From an uncultured Actinomycetes bacterium (lineage in GTDB: Bacteria > Actinomycetota > Thermoleophilia > Gaiellales > Gaiellaceae): a stretch of DNA of 64,000 nt. A model generated the notes under the pieces. That model saw nothing but the letters and a program-made list of their open reading frames with translations, was not told the DNA's origin and did no database searches. This document shows positions 28,218 through 37,168 of the stretch, piece by piece. A program made the translations under genes and the position numbers. Each line of letters starts with the position of its first letter. Position 1 is the stretch's first letter. The stretch is taken from NCBI GenBank assembly GCA_963717765.1, contig CAVQWX010000006.1:16379-80378 (forward strand), written 5' to 3'.

Positions 28218-29230
28218 GCCTGCTCCTTCGCGCGCACGAGGGCATACATCGCCTCGTGCAGTGGGACGGGGACGCCCGTGCTTGCCGCTTCGCGGACAAC
28301 GGCACCCGTGATGAGGTCGATCTCGGTCGGTCGGCCGGCCTCGATGTCTTCCAGCATGGAAGGCACGTGGGCGCTTCCGCGCTGCGTGGCGAGGACGTTC
28401 ATCTTCCAGGGATCATCGTGCAGGTCGACTCCCGCCGCAGCAGCCACCCGCTGCCCCTCCTCCACCAGCTCACGCACGAGGTGCCCGAGCGCGTCGGTGC
28501 TTCCCCGGTCGGCGAAGTGCGGGTCGTGCGGCAGATGCGTGAGCGCCGAGACCGAGTTGACCGTCGCATTGAAGATCAGCTTCGACCACTGCGCGGGACG
28601 GAGGTCCTCGAACGGCCGCGCCTTCAGGCCGGAGCGGACGATCAGCTCGGCAGTCCGCTCGACCGTCTCGTACGGCGTGTCGCCGTACGGGCCGAGCCAG
28701 GTCTCGGTGTCGAGGATGTACTCGACCTCCGCGTCGCCGCGCCGGTTGCCGCTCATGAACGTGACCGCGGAGATGAGCGGCCAGTCGCCGTAGCGGCGGA
28801 CGACGTCCTCCGCGCCGAGCCCGTTCTGGACGGTCATCACAGTGGCGCCGGCGAGATGTCCTTCGAGCGCCGAGGCCGCCTGGTCGAGGTGGGTCGCCTT
28901 GGTCGCGACGATGCAGAGGTCGGCGTGCCCGAGCTCGGCCGGGTCGGTCGTGGCGTCGAGCTGCGCGGTGAAATCGTGGCGACCGGAGACGCGGAGACCA
29001 CGCTGCTTCAGCGCGCGCGCGTGCTCCTCGCGCCGGGCGAGCACGACAACATCGGTCACCTGCGCGAGGTGAGCGGCATAGAGGCTGCCGATCGCGCCTG
29101 CTCCGACGATGCAGACGCGCGTGCCGCTACTTCGGTTCAGCCTTGACCGCCGGCCGCTTGCTCTTCCTGCTCCTTGCGTCGGCGGTGGTACTCGAGCCTC
29201 TCTTCGAACATCGCTTTCGCGCGCTTCCAC
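28202..29230 (-). CDS. ketopantoate reductase (PanE/ApbA) family oxidoreductase, paralogue; start uncertain
   Basis: VCIVGAGAIGSLYAAHLA ... SMLEDIEAGRPTEIDLITG. The first ~38 track codons have low GC3 and overlap a better-coding small ORF, so the true start is probably near 29125 (non-ATG). Confidence 0.7.
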   Translation of the reverse strand: MEARESDVRREARVPPPTQGAGRASGRRSRLNRSSGTRVCIVGAGAIGSLYAAHLAQVTDVVVLARREEHARALKQRGLRVSGRHDFTAQLDATTDPAELGHADLCIVATKATHLDQAASALEGHLAGATVMTVQNGLGAEDVVRRYGDWPLISAVTFMSGNRRGDAEVEYILDTETWLGPYGDTPYETVERTAELIVRSGLKARPFEDLRPAQWSKLIFNATVNSVSALTHLPHDPHFADRGSTDALGHLVRELVEEGQRVAAAAGVDLHDDPWKMNVLATQRGSAHVPSMLEDIEAGRPTEIDLITGAVVREAASTGVPVPLHEAMYALVRAKEQACVSR

Positions 29231-29263
29231 CGTTCCTGGGTGTCCCGATGGACTTGTGCCGCG

Positions 29264-29422
29264 CTACGGGTTGGCTTCCTCTTCCTCTTCATCCGGCTCC
29301 TCTCCAAGCAGGTAGCGGATCTCCTTCAGGTGAACCTCGATCTCAACCAGGTTGGCGTTCGCGTGGAATAGCCCTTCGATGATAGTCCGCACGTCTTCTG
29401 GCTCCATCTGCCCATGCTCCAT
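29264..29422 (-). CDS. small acidic hypothetical protein (52 aa)
   Basis: MEHGQMEPEDVRTIIEGLFHANANLVEIEVHLKEIRYLLGEEPDEEEEEANP has moderately high GC3. It is the only plausible part of track ORF 29264..30622. Confidence 0.4.
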   Translation of the reverse strand: MEHGQMEPEDVRTIIEGLFHANANLVEIEVHLKEIRYLLGEEPDEEEEEANP

Positions 29423-29469
29423 GCGCGTGGAGCGAACGCAAGCCAACTGACGGTCTTGGCACAGCTTCG

Positions 29470-30630
29470 TCACCGAGTCGCGCGAGTGACGAGCGCCCGG
29501 AACTCGTCGTCCGAGACGAGCCCGTACCGCTCGGCCGCGATCCGCTTCACCTCGGCGAGCAGATCGCGGTACTCCTCCTCCGGCACGTCCAGTCCGAGCT
29601 CGTCGGCCTTGATCCGGATCGAGTCGACGCCGCTCTTCTTGCCGAGGACGATGCGCCGCTCGGCGCCGACCAGGTCGGCCGCGAACGGTTCGATCGCAGG
29701 CGGATCGTGGAACTGGCTGGCGACCGCGCCGCTCTCGCGCGTGAACAGGTTCTCGCCCACGACCGGCTTCCAGGGCTCGAGCTCGTAGCCGGACAGCTCC
29801 TGCACGCGGCCGGAGACCTCGCGCAGCTTCTCCAGCCGCAGGTTCGTCTCGGTCCCGTACAGCGCGTGGAGGGCCATCGCGACCTCCCCCAGGTTCGCGT
29901 TGCCGGCCCTCTCCCCCATCCCGTTGATCGTCCCGTGCACCCAGCTTGCCCCCGCGCGAACGGCGGCGACGGCGCCTGCCGTGGCGAGGCCGAAGTCGTT
30001 GTGGCCGTGGAAGTGGACGGGGACGTCCGGTCCGAGCCAGTCGCGCGCCTTCGCCACCAGGTATCCGACGGCCTCGGGAGCGGCGACGCCGATCGTGTCG
30101 ACCACGACCGCCTCCTGCGCGCCGGCCTGGTGCGCGGTCTTGTAGACGGTCTCGAGGAAGGAGAGGTCGGCGCGCGTCCCGTCCACGCCGAAGAAGGCGA
30201 TCGTCATCCCGCTCTGCACGGCGTGCGAGACGGCGTCGTCGATGCGGCGGAGTACCTCCTCGTGGTCGAGTAGGAGCGCACCGAGCTTGCGCTCGCTGAC
30301 CGGCGCCTCGATCACCGCCGCGCTCAGGCCGAGCTCGAGCAGCGCGTCCACGTCGGCGCGGAGGGCGCGGGAGAAGCCCCACACTTCTGCGCGCAGTCCG
30401 GCGCCGTGGATGAGCTCGACGGCGCGCCGGTCCTCCTCCGAGACGCGGGGGAAGCCGGCCTCGATGCGGTCGATGCCGAGCTCGTCCAGGAGTCGCGCGA
30501 TCTCGAGCTTCTGCTCGGGATCGAGGACGACGCCGACCGTCTGCTCGCCGTCGCGCAGCGTCGTGTCGTACAAACCGACCCGCCCGCCGATGCGGACGTC
30601 GTCGTTCAGGTGTCCGGTCCACACGTTCAT
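29470..30630 (-). CDS. DRE-TIM metallolyase (homocitrate / isopropylmalate / citramalate synthase family)
   Basis: Start MNVW at 30630 (ATGA overlap with the upstream M24 gene). YDTTLRDGEQ and HFHGHNDFGLATAGAVAAVRAGASWVHGTINGMGERAGNANL. Confidence 0.8.
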   Translation of the reverse strand: MNVWTGHLNDDVRIGGRVGLYDTTLRDGEQTVGVVLDPEQKLEIARLLDELGIDRIEAGFPRVSEEDRRAVELIHGAGLRAEVWGFSRALRADVDALLELGLSAAVIEAPVSERKLGALLLDHEEVLRRIDDAVSHAVQSGMTIAFFGVDGTRADLSFLETVYKTAHQAGAQEAVVVDTIGVAAPEAVGYLVAKARDWLGPDVPVHFHGHNDFGLATAGAVAAVRAGASWVHGTINGMGERAGNANLGEVAMALHALYGTETNLRLEKLREVSGRVQELSGYELEPWKPVVGENLFTRESGAVASQFHDPPAIEPFAADLVGAERRIVLGKKSGVDSIRIKADELGLDVPEEEYRDLLAEVKRIAAERYGLVSDDEFRALVTRATR

Positions 30631-31766
30631 CGGAAGTCGTCCGGGTAGCGGGAGAGCTTGTCCGGGCCGTCCGCGGTGATCAGGAAGTTGTCCTCCAGTC
30701 GCAGGCCTCCGCCCCCCTCCCAGTAGATTCCCGGCTCGATCGCGAGCACCATTCCCTCGCGGATCGTGCCCGATCCGGCCTGGTGCGCGTAGGGAGGCTC
30801 GTGCGCGCGGGCGCCGACGCCGTGGCAAATCGGGTGGGAAGGCTGGCCGGGGTAGCCCGCTTCTGCGATGCCGTCGCGGACGAGCCGGTCGAGCGCGGGC
30901 AGGCTCGCGCCGTCGCGAGCATGGTCGACCGCCGCGTTGTAGACGTCGAGAAGCTGGTCGAGCAGCTCGTCGTACGCGGGCGTCAGGTCGCCGGGGCACA
31001 CGTTCTTCGTGTGGTCGCACCAGTAGCCGTCGACGCACACCCAGATCTCCAGGAGCGTCGGCTCGTGCTCCTGCACGGGACGTTCGCCCGTCGCCGTGAA
31101 GGTGCGGATGCCGGGGCCCGACCAGACGAGGGAGTAGCCTCTCGCGCGGCCGCCGCCTTCGGCGAGCACGTGGCCCTCCCACATCGCAGCGACCTCGCTC
31201 TCCTTCATGCCCGCGCGAATGTTCTGCGCGACGTGCTCGGTTGCGGACGCCGCCAGGTCGTTCGCCTCCCGCATCCGTTCGATCTCCTGCCCGGTCTTGA
31301 TCATGCGCGCCTCCGCGAGCAGCGGCGACGCGTCCTCGGCCGCGCCGAACGCCTCGAAGAACGGTTGCGTGAAGACGGTCGGTTCTCCGACCATGCGGTC
31401 GGCGACCTGGGTACCTTGCGAGAGCTCGAGGCCGATGCGCTCGAGCCCGCGCTCACGGCAGACGGCCTGAGCCAGGTCGGTCGATCTGGCCCAGGCCGGG
31501 CGCGGATCGTCCGGCGCATAACCCTTGAACGGCCGCAGATCGACCGTCCACGCCGTGCTGGAGGCCTCGTCCAGCTGCGGTTCCATCACAACCAGCGTGG
31601 GATCTCCTTCCCGGGGGAAGACGACGACGTCGTAGCCCTTCATGCACCAGTAGTTGGAGAGGTAGAGGACGTTGTCGGGGGCGCGCACCACCAGCGCGTC
31701 GAGATCGCGCTCGGCCATGAGCGCGCGCACACGGCCCAGCTTGGCGTCGTCTCGCGGCCGGCTCAT
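30627..31766 (-). CDS. M24 family metallopeptidase (Xaa-Pro peptidase/creatinase-like)
   Basis: KTGQEIERMREA, HGVGARAHEPP, LAIEPGIY and RLEDNFLIT. Confidence 0.8.
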   Translation of the reverse strand: MSRPRDDAKLGRVRALMAERDLDALVVRAPDNVLYLSNYWCMKGYDVVVFPREGDPTLVVMEPQLDEASSTAWTVDLRPFKGYAPDDPRPAWARSTDLAQAVCRERGLERIGLELSQGTQVADRMVGEPTVFTQPFFEAFGAAEDASPLLAEARMIKTGQEIERMREANDLAASATEHVAQNIRAGMKESEVAAMWEGHVLAEGGGRARGYSLVWSGPGIRTFTATGERPVQEHEPTLLEIWVCVDGYWCDHTKNVCPGDLTPAYDELLDQLLDVYNAAVDHARDGASLPALDRLVRDGIAEAGYPGQPSHPICHGVGARAHEPPYAHQAGSGTIREGMVLAIEPGIYWEGGGGLRLEDNFLITADGPDKLSRYPDDFR

Positions 31767-32506
31767 CGGCGAATTCCTTCGCGCGCGTGGCTGAGGTAGA
31801 TCGTCCGGTCGCCGAACTCGTCGAGGATCCGCCGCCGCGTCTCCACCGCGAGCTGGGGGTCCTCGTCATAGCCGAATGTCCATTCCGGGTGATCGAGCTG
31901 TGCGGGGTGCGGCACGGCGTCCGCCACAATCACCGCGTAGTTGCCGACCAGGAGGCCCGCGTGCCCGTCGTCGTGTCCCGGAAGCGGGACGACCTTGACT
32001 CCGGGCGCGATCTCGTCGCGGTCGCCGACCGCCTCGATGTCCTCGATCCCGAGGACGCAGCGATCGATGTGCACCCGCCCGGCACGACGGCGCGCAGCTG
32101 CGAGCGCATCCTCGTGCAGCAGGTACCGGGCGCGCGGAAACGTGCGGCTCCCGTCCTCCTGGGCGTTCCATCCGACGTGGTCGATGTGGACGTGCGTCAG
32201 GAAGACGATGTCGACGTCGTCGGGCTCGACCCCGTGCCGCCGCAGCTCGGGCAGCAGCTTCTCCTGCGACTCCGGCTCGGGCATCCAGTCCGTCCACAGC
32301 CCCTTGGGCCCGGCGCCTGTGTCCACCACGATCGTCCGGTCTCCCGCACGCACGAGGAAGCACATGATCGGCAGCCGCCAGTCGTTGCCGGAGACCAGCT
32401 CGGGGTAGCGGTCGCGGTACGGCGCCCAATCCGTCTCCGACATGTCCGGGAAGAGCTCTTCGAGCGGCCCCAGCAGGCCGACGCCGTCGGCGAGCGGCTC
32501 TACCAC
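31763..32506 (-). CDS. MBL-fold metallo-hydrolase
   Basis: FLTHVHIDHVGW (HxHxDH) and later LPGHDDGH. The start is either GTG 32506 (overlapping the FAH stop) or ATG 32443. The 5' part of track ORF 31763..32986 is a shadow. Confidence 0.75.
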   Translation of the reverse strand: MVEPLADGVGLLGPLEELFPDMSETDWAPYRDRYPELVSGNDWRLPIMCFLVRAGDRTIVVDTGAGPKGLWTDWMPEPESQEKLLPELRRHGVEPDDVDIVFLTHVHIDHVGWNAQEDGSRTFPRARYLLHEDALAAARRRAGRVHIDRCVLGIEDIEAVGDRDEIAPGVKVVPLPGHDDGHAGLLVGNYAVIVADAVPHPAQLDHPEWTFGYDEDPQLAVETRRRILDEFGDRTIYLSHAREGIRR

Positions 32507-33369
32507 CGCACGCGCTCGGGCGGCGGCTCTCCGTGGGCCTCCTCCCAGGAGACCACGGGGTTCCGCAGAACGCCGATCCTCTCGATCTCCGCCTCGATCA
32601 CGTCCCCGGGCTTGAGGTAGAGCGAGGCCGCATCCTCCGAGAAGCCCGCGACGCCGGAAACGGTGCCCGTGGAAACGACGTCCCCCGCGCTGTATCCGAG
32701 CGCCGAGTAGCGGGAGAGGATCTCCGGGATCGTCACGCTCATGTTCGCCGAGTGCGAGCGCTGGCGCGACTCGCCGTTCACGCGCAGCTCCATCGCGAGG
32801 TCGTGTGGGTCGCCGATCTCGTCGGGGGTCACGATCCACGGCCCGAGCGGGCAGAAGGTGTCGATCGCCTTGCAGAACGAGAAGACGCCCGACTCCATCT
32901 CGCGCCGCTGGATGTCGCGCGCCGTGATGTCGTTGAAGATCACGTAGCCGCCGATGTAGTCCTCCGCCTCCTCCGGGCCGAACCACTTGCCCGCCTTGCG
33001 GATGACCACCGCGAGCTCGAGCTCGTAGTCGAGCTCCTCGGTGAGGTGCTCGGGGTACACGACAGGATCGTCCGGCCCGATGATCGCGTCCACGTTCTGG
33101 AAGAAGACGATCCAGGGCGCGATCTTGTGCGACCAGCCGACGCGCTTGGATTCCTCCTCGTGCTCGCGGAAGTTGCCGGCGGTGTGAAAGAACTTCTTGG
33201 GGATGATCGGGGCGCGCAGACGGATGTCGGCGAGCGCGTACTCCTTCCCCGTCGTGTGTGGAACCTCGTCACGCTCGAACAGCTCGCGCATCGAGCCCGC
33301 GTCGAGCTCGGCGATCAGGTCGCCCTCGACGCGCCCGACCCTGCCTTCATCGAAGGTGGCAAGCTTCAT
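32500..33369 (-). CDS. fumarylacetoacetate hydrolase (FAH) family protein
   Basis: MKLATF... N-terminus, YELELAVVI, FNDITARDIQ and GDVVSTGTVSGVG are FAH-family patterns. Confidence 0.85.
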   Translation of the reverse strand: MKLATFDEGRVGRVEGDLIAELDAGSMRELFERDEVPHTTGKEYALADIRLRAPIIPKKFFHTAGNFREHEEESKRVGWSHKIAPWIVFFQNVDAIIGPDDPVVYPEHLTEELDYELELAVVIRKAGKWFGPEEAEDYIGGYVIFNDITARDIQRREMESGVFSFCKAIDTFCPLGPWIVTPDEIGDPHDLAMELRVNGESRQRSHSANMSVTIPEILSRYSALGYSAGDVVSTGTVSGVAGFSEDAASLYLKPGDVIEAEIERIGVLRNPVVSWEEAHGEPPPERVRW

Positions 33370-33426
33370 CGCCGCCGATGCTAATCACGCTCATCCAAGA
33401 ACGCGACGGCAAGTCGATCTGCCTCG

Positions 33427-33978
33427 TCAGCGCGCCCGAAGCCAGCTGACGACCTCGGCCGCGTTACGGTCAGGCGGAAAGACCGGGTAGAACACCTTCG
33501 CGACCGCGCAGGCCTCGATCACGAGCGTGACCCGCTTGTACAGAGTCATCCCCTCGTACTCGAACGTCGGCAGGCGCAGCGCGGCGCCCAGCTTGCGCTC
33601 GGGGTCGGCGATCACGGGATAGGGGATGTGGTTTCGCTCCGCGAACTCGACCTGCTCCTCGAGCGGCTGCGCGGACAGCCCCGCGACGGCGGCTGCGAGC
33701 TCCTCCAGCTCGGCTGTGTGGTCGCGGAAGGCGCACGACTGCGGGGTGCAGCCTCGGGCGCCCGGGACGGCGTCCCAGTCCGGGCCGACTGGGGTATCCG
33801 GGTGCCCGGTGCGCGGATAGATGTACAGCACGAGGCGGTTCATCGAGAGGGCCCGCACCGAGACCGGGCCTTGCGAAGACTCGAGCGTCAGCTGCGGAAG
33901 CATCTGCCCGAGCAGATGATCGGTCGCGCCGTCGTCCTCGGGGACGGGAAGCCCCTCCGGAAGCTGGTAGAGGCTCAT
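33427..33978 (-). CDS. peroxiredoxin/redoxin (AhpC-TSA-like) family protein
   Basis: Start MSLYQLPEG at 33978 (ATGA overlap). LVLYIYPRTGHPDTP...GARGCTPQSCAFRD is a thioredoxin-fold peroxidatic Cys context. Confidence 0.65.
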   Translation of the reverse strand: MSLYQLPEGLPVPEDDGATDHLLGQMLPQLTLESSQGPVSVRALSMNRLVLYIYPRTGHPDTPVGPDWDAVPGARGCTPQSCAFRDHTAELEELAAAVAGLSAQPLEEQVEFAERNHIPYPVIADPERKLGAALRLPTFEYEGMTLYKRVTLVIEACAVAKVFYPVFPPDRNAAEVVSWLRAR

Positions 33979-34445
33979 TTGCAGCGGAAGGAGCCGGTGA
34001 CCGCCGCGCGCCGGCCCACGGCCCGGCCCGAGAAGGATCCGCGCGTCTGCTTGTTCGTGAGCCGCAACTTCACATTGGAGACCGAGTAGCGCTTCCCTCC
34101 GATCGCCCACGTGATCACGGCGCGGCGGTAGACGCCGTCGCGCTTCGCGCTCGGGACCGTGACGCCGAAGTAGCTGTACCGCGGCTTGCCCTTTCGGCTT
34201 GTGAGCTTCCCGATGCTCATCGTGAACACACGCGTGATGCCGGCGCGCAGGCACGAGCCGTTCCGGAAGGTGTAGGTCTTGCCCGCGACCTTCACGGAGG
34301 CCGACGCCGGCCCGCAGTAGGTGCGGTAGATCACCTTGCCAACCTTGTGGGCCCCCGGCTTGCAAGCCACAGCGGCACCTGGGCCGCTTCCGGCGGCGGC
34401 AGCTACAAGCGCCACGAGCCCCGCCAGGATGAACGCGCGCTTCAC
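33975..34445 (-). CDS. small secreted hypothetical protein embedded in operon
   Basis: GTG start 34445 (GTGA overlap with the M20 stop). Signal VKRAFILAGLVALVAAAAGSG, and four Cys in the mature part. Confidence 0.5.
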   Translation of the reverse strand: MKRAFILAGLVALVAAAAGSGPGAAVACKPGAHKVGKVIYRTYCGPASASVKVAGKTYTFRNGSCLRAGITRVFTMSIGKLTSRKGKPRYSYFGVTVPSAKRDGVYRRAVITWAIGGKRYSVSNVKLRLTNKQTRGSFSGRAVGRRAAVTGSFRCK

Positions 34446-35632
34446 GTCCCGCAGATCCTCATCGCGGCGCGAGCGTACACCTCTGCCGTCTGGACGAGAC
34501 CGTCGATGTCGAGGTTCTCGCCCAGCTCCGCGCTCGGCAGTCCGCTCGACGTGCCGTAGTTGAGCGTCTCGATGCCGTAGCGCGTCAGCACGGACGCATC
34601 GGAGAACCAGCGCGTGACGTCGCGCTCGGGCTCGGCGCCGAAGACCTCCGCGTGCGCTCCCGCGACGGCCTCGACGAGCGGATGGTCGGCGGCGATCTCG
34701 GCACCCGGCGCGGTCACGTAGACCTCCGCGTCCACTCCCTCGAGCGAACGGGCGAAGTCGATCGCCTCGCGGCGCGCGTCCTGCATCGTCACGTTCGGCG
34801 GCACGCGCAGGTCGAGGTATAGATCGGTGCGGTGCGGCGTCCGCGAGGCTCGCCAGCCGAAGCCGCCTTCGATCGATCCGACATTGGCGACCCCGCGCAC
34901 GCCTTCGTAGCTCATTTCCTCCTCCCAGGCCGGGAGCCATTCGAGCACCGCATCGAGCACGCGGCGCATGCGCAGGATCGAGTTCTCGTCCCGCCGCCCC
35001 TCGCTGAAGGCGGTGTGGATGAACGGTCCGTGCGTGGAGAGCCGGAGCCAGAGCGAGCCGAAGTGCGCGAGCACGAGCTTGTTCTCGGTCGGCTCGCCGA
35101 GGATGCACATGTCCGCCACACCGCCGTGCGTGACGAGGTAGCGCGAACCGGCTGCGTAGCCGCGGAACTCGGCGCCCTGCGCGTCGCCCTGCTGCGTCTT
35201 CTCGATCTCGCCCGCGACCGCCGCGATGAGGACGTCCCCCTTCAGCCGCACCCCCTGATCCTGGAGCGCGCGTACTGCCTCGATGTACGCGGCGACGGCT
35301 CCCTTCATGTTCGAGATGCCGAGCCCGTAGATGCGGCCGTCCTGCTCGAAGCCCTGGGGCTGGAAGCCGGGGATGCCTTGCAGCCACGGCTCGCGTCCGG
35401 AGTACGACGTGTCGAGATGGCCGTTGAACATGAGCGACGGGCCGCCGCCGGTGCCCGACCACGTGCCGAGGACGTTCGCGCGGCCGTCCTCCACCTGCTG
35501 CCACTGGACGTGCAGGCCCATCCCTTCCAGTACCTCGCGCACGGCCTCGGCGCAGGCCTGCTCGGAGCCGGTGAACGACGGGATGGAGACGAGCCGGATC
35601 GCCAGCTCGACGAGGCGGTCGCGGTCGATCAT
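34442..35632 (-). CDS. M20 family metallopeptidase (ArgE/DapE/CPG2-like)
   Basis: Start MIDRDRLVEL at 35632 (ATGA overlap). SIPSFTGSE, NGHLDT and GLGISNMKG patterns. Confidence 0.8.
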   Translation of the reverse strand: MIDRDRLVELAIRLVSIPSFTGSEQACAEAVREVLEGMGLHVQWQQVEDGRANVLGTWSGTGGGPSLMFNGHLDTSYSGREPWLQGIPGFQPQGFEQDGRIYGLGISNMKGAVAAYIEAVRALQDQGVRLKGDVLIAAVAGEIEKTQQGDAQGAEFRGYAAGSRYLVTHGGVADMCILGEPTENKLVLAHFGSLWLRLSTHGPFIHTAFSEGRRDENSILRMRRVLDAVLEWLPAWEEEMSYEGVRGVANVGSIEGGFGWRASRTPHRTDLYLDLRVPPNVTMQDARREAIDFARSLEGVDAEVYVTAPGAEIAADHPLVEAVAGAHAEVFGAEPERDVTRWFSDASVLTRYGIETLNYGTSSGLPSAELGENLDIDGLVQTAEVYARAAMRICGT

Positions 35633-36651
35633 CGGAAGCGAGGGAGGACGTCTTTGCCGAACAGCTCGATCTGCTCGTGGCGGTTGTGACCCCACAGCTC
35701 GAGCATCACGTGCGTACACCCCGCGTCGCGGTACTCCTCGATCGCGGCGATGCAGTCGGCCGGCGTCCCCGCGATGGGCTTGCACTTGTCGAGAATCGCG
35801 TCGCTCACCTCGGCCTTGGCGGCAAGCCTTCCTCCCCGCTCCATCGCTTCGGCGACGGGGCGGATCTCGTCCTGGTCCAGGCCCGCGAGCTCGAGCAGCG
35901 TGTCCGCGGAGCCGCGGATGTTCTGCACCTTGTTCGCGAGATACATCCCGGCGATCTCGCGTGCCCCGTCGCGCCCCTCGTCGCGGTCGTGCCCGATGGA
36001 GGCCACGACCGTGCAGCCAATGTCGATGTCGGCGTCGACGTTCCCGCGCGTGTACCGAACGAAGGCGGGCGTCGTGATCGACGGGGTGAGGCAGCCGTCC
36101 GCGATCTCCCCTGCGAGCGCCTGCATCTTGGGCGCCGTCGCGGCCACGTAGACGGGCGGGACCTCGCGCGGCGCGTCAGCGCCATCCTGCGCGGGGACGT
36201 CGGCGCTCCACGTCTCGCCTTCGTAGCGGAACTCGTTGCCGGAGAGCACGCCGCGCACGATGGCGACCGCGTCGCGCATCGGCCCGAGCGTCTTCTTCGT
36301 CTGCATGAGCGCGTTGTTGAGAAAGATCTTCGACGTCCCGTAACCCAGGATGAAGCGGTCGGGCGCGAGCTCCTGCACGACACGGGCGTCCATCGCCACT
36401 TGCACGGGGTGGCGCGTGAACGGGGAGATGATCCCCCATCCGATCGTGAGCCGGTCGGTCGCGCGGGCCATCAGCGCGGACGTGACGGTGGAGGACCGGG
36501 CCTCCATCTGGTGCTTGCGCCACCACGGATACGCCTCGGCGAGCCAGATCGTGTCGAAGCCGGCGCGGTCGAGCGCCTGCGCCGTCGAGATCATCTCCTC
36601 GACCGGCTCCATGGTCAGCTGCATAACGCCGATGCGGAACGGAGGGGTCAC
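35629..36651 (-). CDS. LLM-class (luciferase-like) flavin/F420-dependent oxidoreductase
   Basis: FRIGVMQL...ALDRAGFDTIWLAEAY...RFILGYGTSK is the typical LLM pattern. First gene of the long minus-strand operon. Confidence 0.8.
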   Translation of the reverse strand: MTPPFRIGVMQLTMEPVEEMISTAQALDRAGFDTIWLAEAYPWWRKHQMEARSSTVTSALMARATDRLTIGWGIISPFTRHPVQVAMDARVVQELAPDRFILGYGTSKIFLNNALMQTKKTLGPMRDAVAIVRGVLSGNEFRYEGETWSADVPAQDGADAPREVPPVYVAATAPKMQALAGEIADGCLTPSITTPAFVRYTRGNVDADIDIGCTVVASIGHDRDEGRDGAREIAGMYLANKVQNIRGSADTLLELAGLDQDEIRPVAEAMERGGRLAAKAEVSDAILDKCKPIAGTPADCIAAIEEYRDAGCTHVMLELWGHNRHEQIELFGKDVLPRFR

Positions 36652-36670
36652 GAGGCAATACTGTCACGCA

Positions 36671-37168
36671 GTGGTCACCGTCCGGCGCTACCGGCCCGAG
36701 GATCTAGATGAGTGCCGCTCGCTCTGGACCGACCTCACCGAGTGGCACCGCCAGTTGTACGCGGACGATTCGATCGGCGGGCTCAATCCTGGGTCCGGGT
36801 TCGACGCGCACCTGGCCGAGGTGGGGCCGGAGCGGATCTTCGTCGCGGAGCTCGACGGACGCCTGGTCGGCCTCGCGGGAATGATCGTGCGCGGGCGCAA
36901 GGTCGAGCTCGAGCCCCTTTCGGTGCGCGCGGGTTGCCGGGGGGCCGGGATCGGCCGCCGGCTGGCGGAGGAAGTCGTCGCTGCGGCCCGGAAGGAGGGC
37001 GCGGAGCAGATCGTCGTCCGTCCCACCGGCCGGAACGCCGACGCCATCCGGATCTTCCACTCGCTCGGCTTCGACGTCGTCACGCGGGTGGAGCTGACCT
37101 ACGACCTCGGCAGCGGCGAGCGGTGGCGCGAAGGCGAGGAGTTCGCCGGCCGGACGTTCCGCATATGA
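36671..37168 (+). CDS. GNAT family N-acetyltransferase
   Basis: GTG start. VRAGCRGAGIGRRLAEEVV is the acetyl-CoA binding motif (R/Q-x-x-G-x-G/A). Confidence 0.75.
   Translation: MVTVRRYRPEDLDECRSLWTDLTEWHRQLYADDSIGGLNPGSGFDAHLAEVGPERIFVAELDGRLVGLAGMIVRGRKVELEPLSVRAGCRGAGIGRRLAEEVVAAARKEGAEQIVVRPTGRNADAIRIFHSLGFDVVTRVELTYDLGSGERWREGEEFAGRTFRI

Noticed and set aside
29423-30622. Upstream 400 codons of track ORF 29264..30622, and likewise the 5' extensions of ORFs 29470..31182, 31763..32986, 33427..34365, 33975..35504, 34442..35785 and 38754..39911
   Set aside because: In each case only the 3' part has recognisable protein character. It starts at an ATG/GTG that forms a 4-nt overlap with the stop of the upstream gene. 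The 5' extension overlaps a well-supported gene in another frame and translates to Arg/Pro/Gly-rich sequence.
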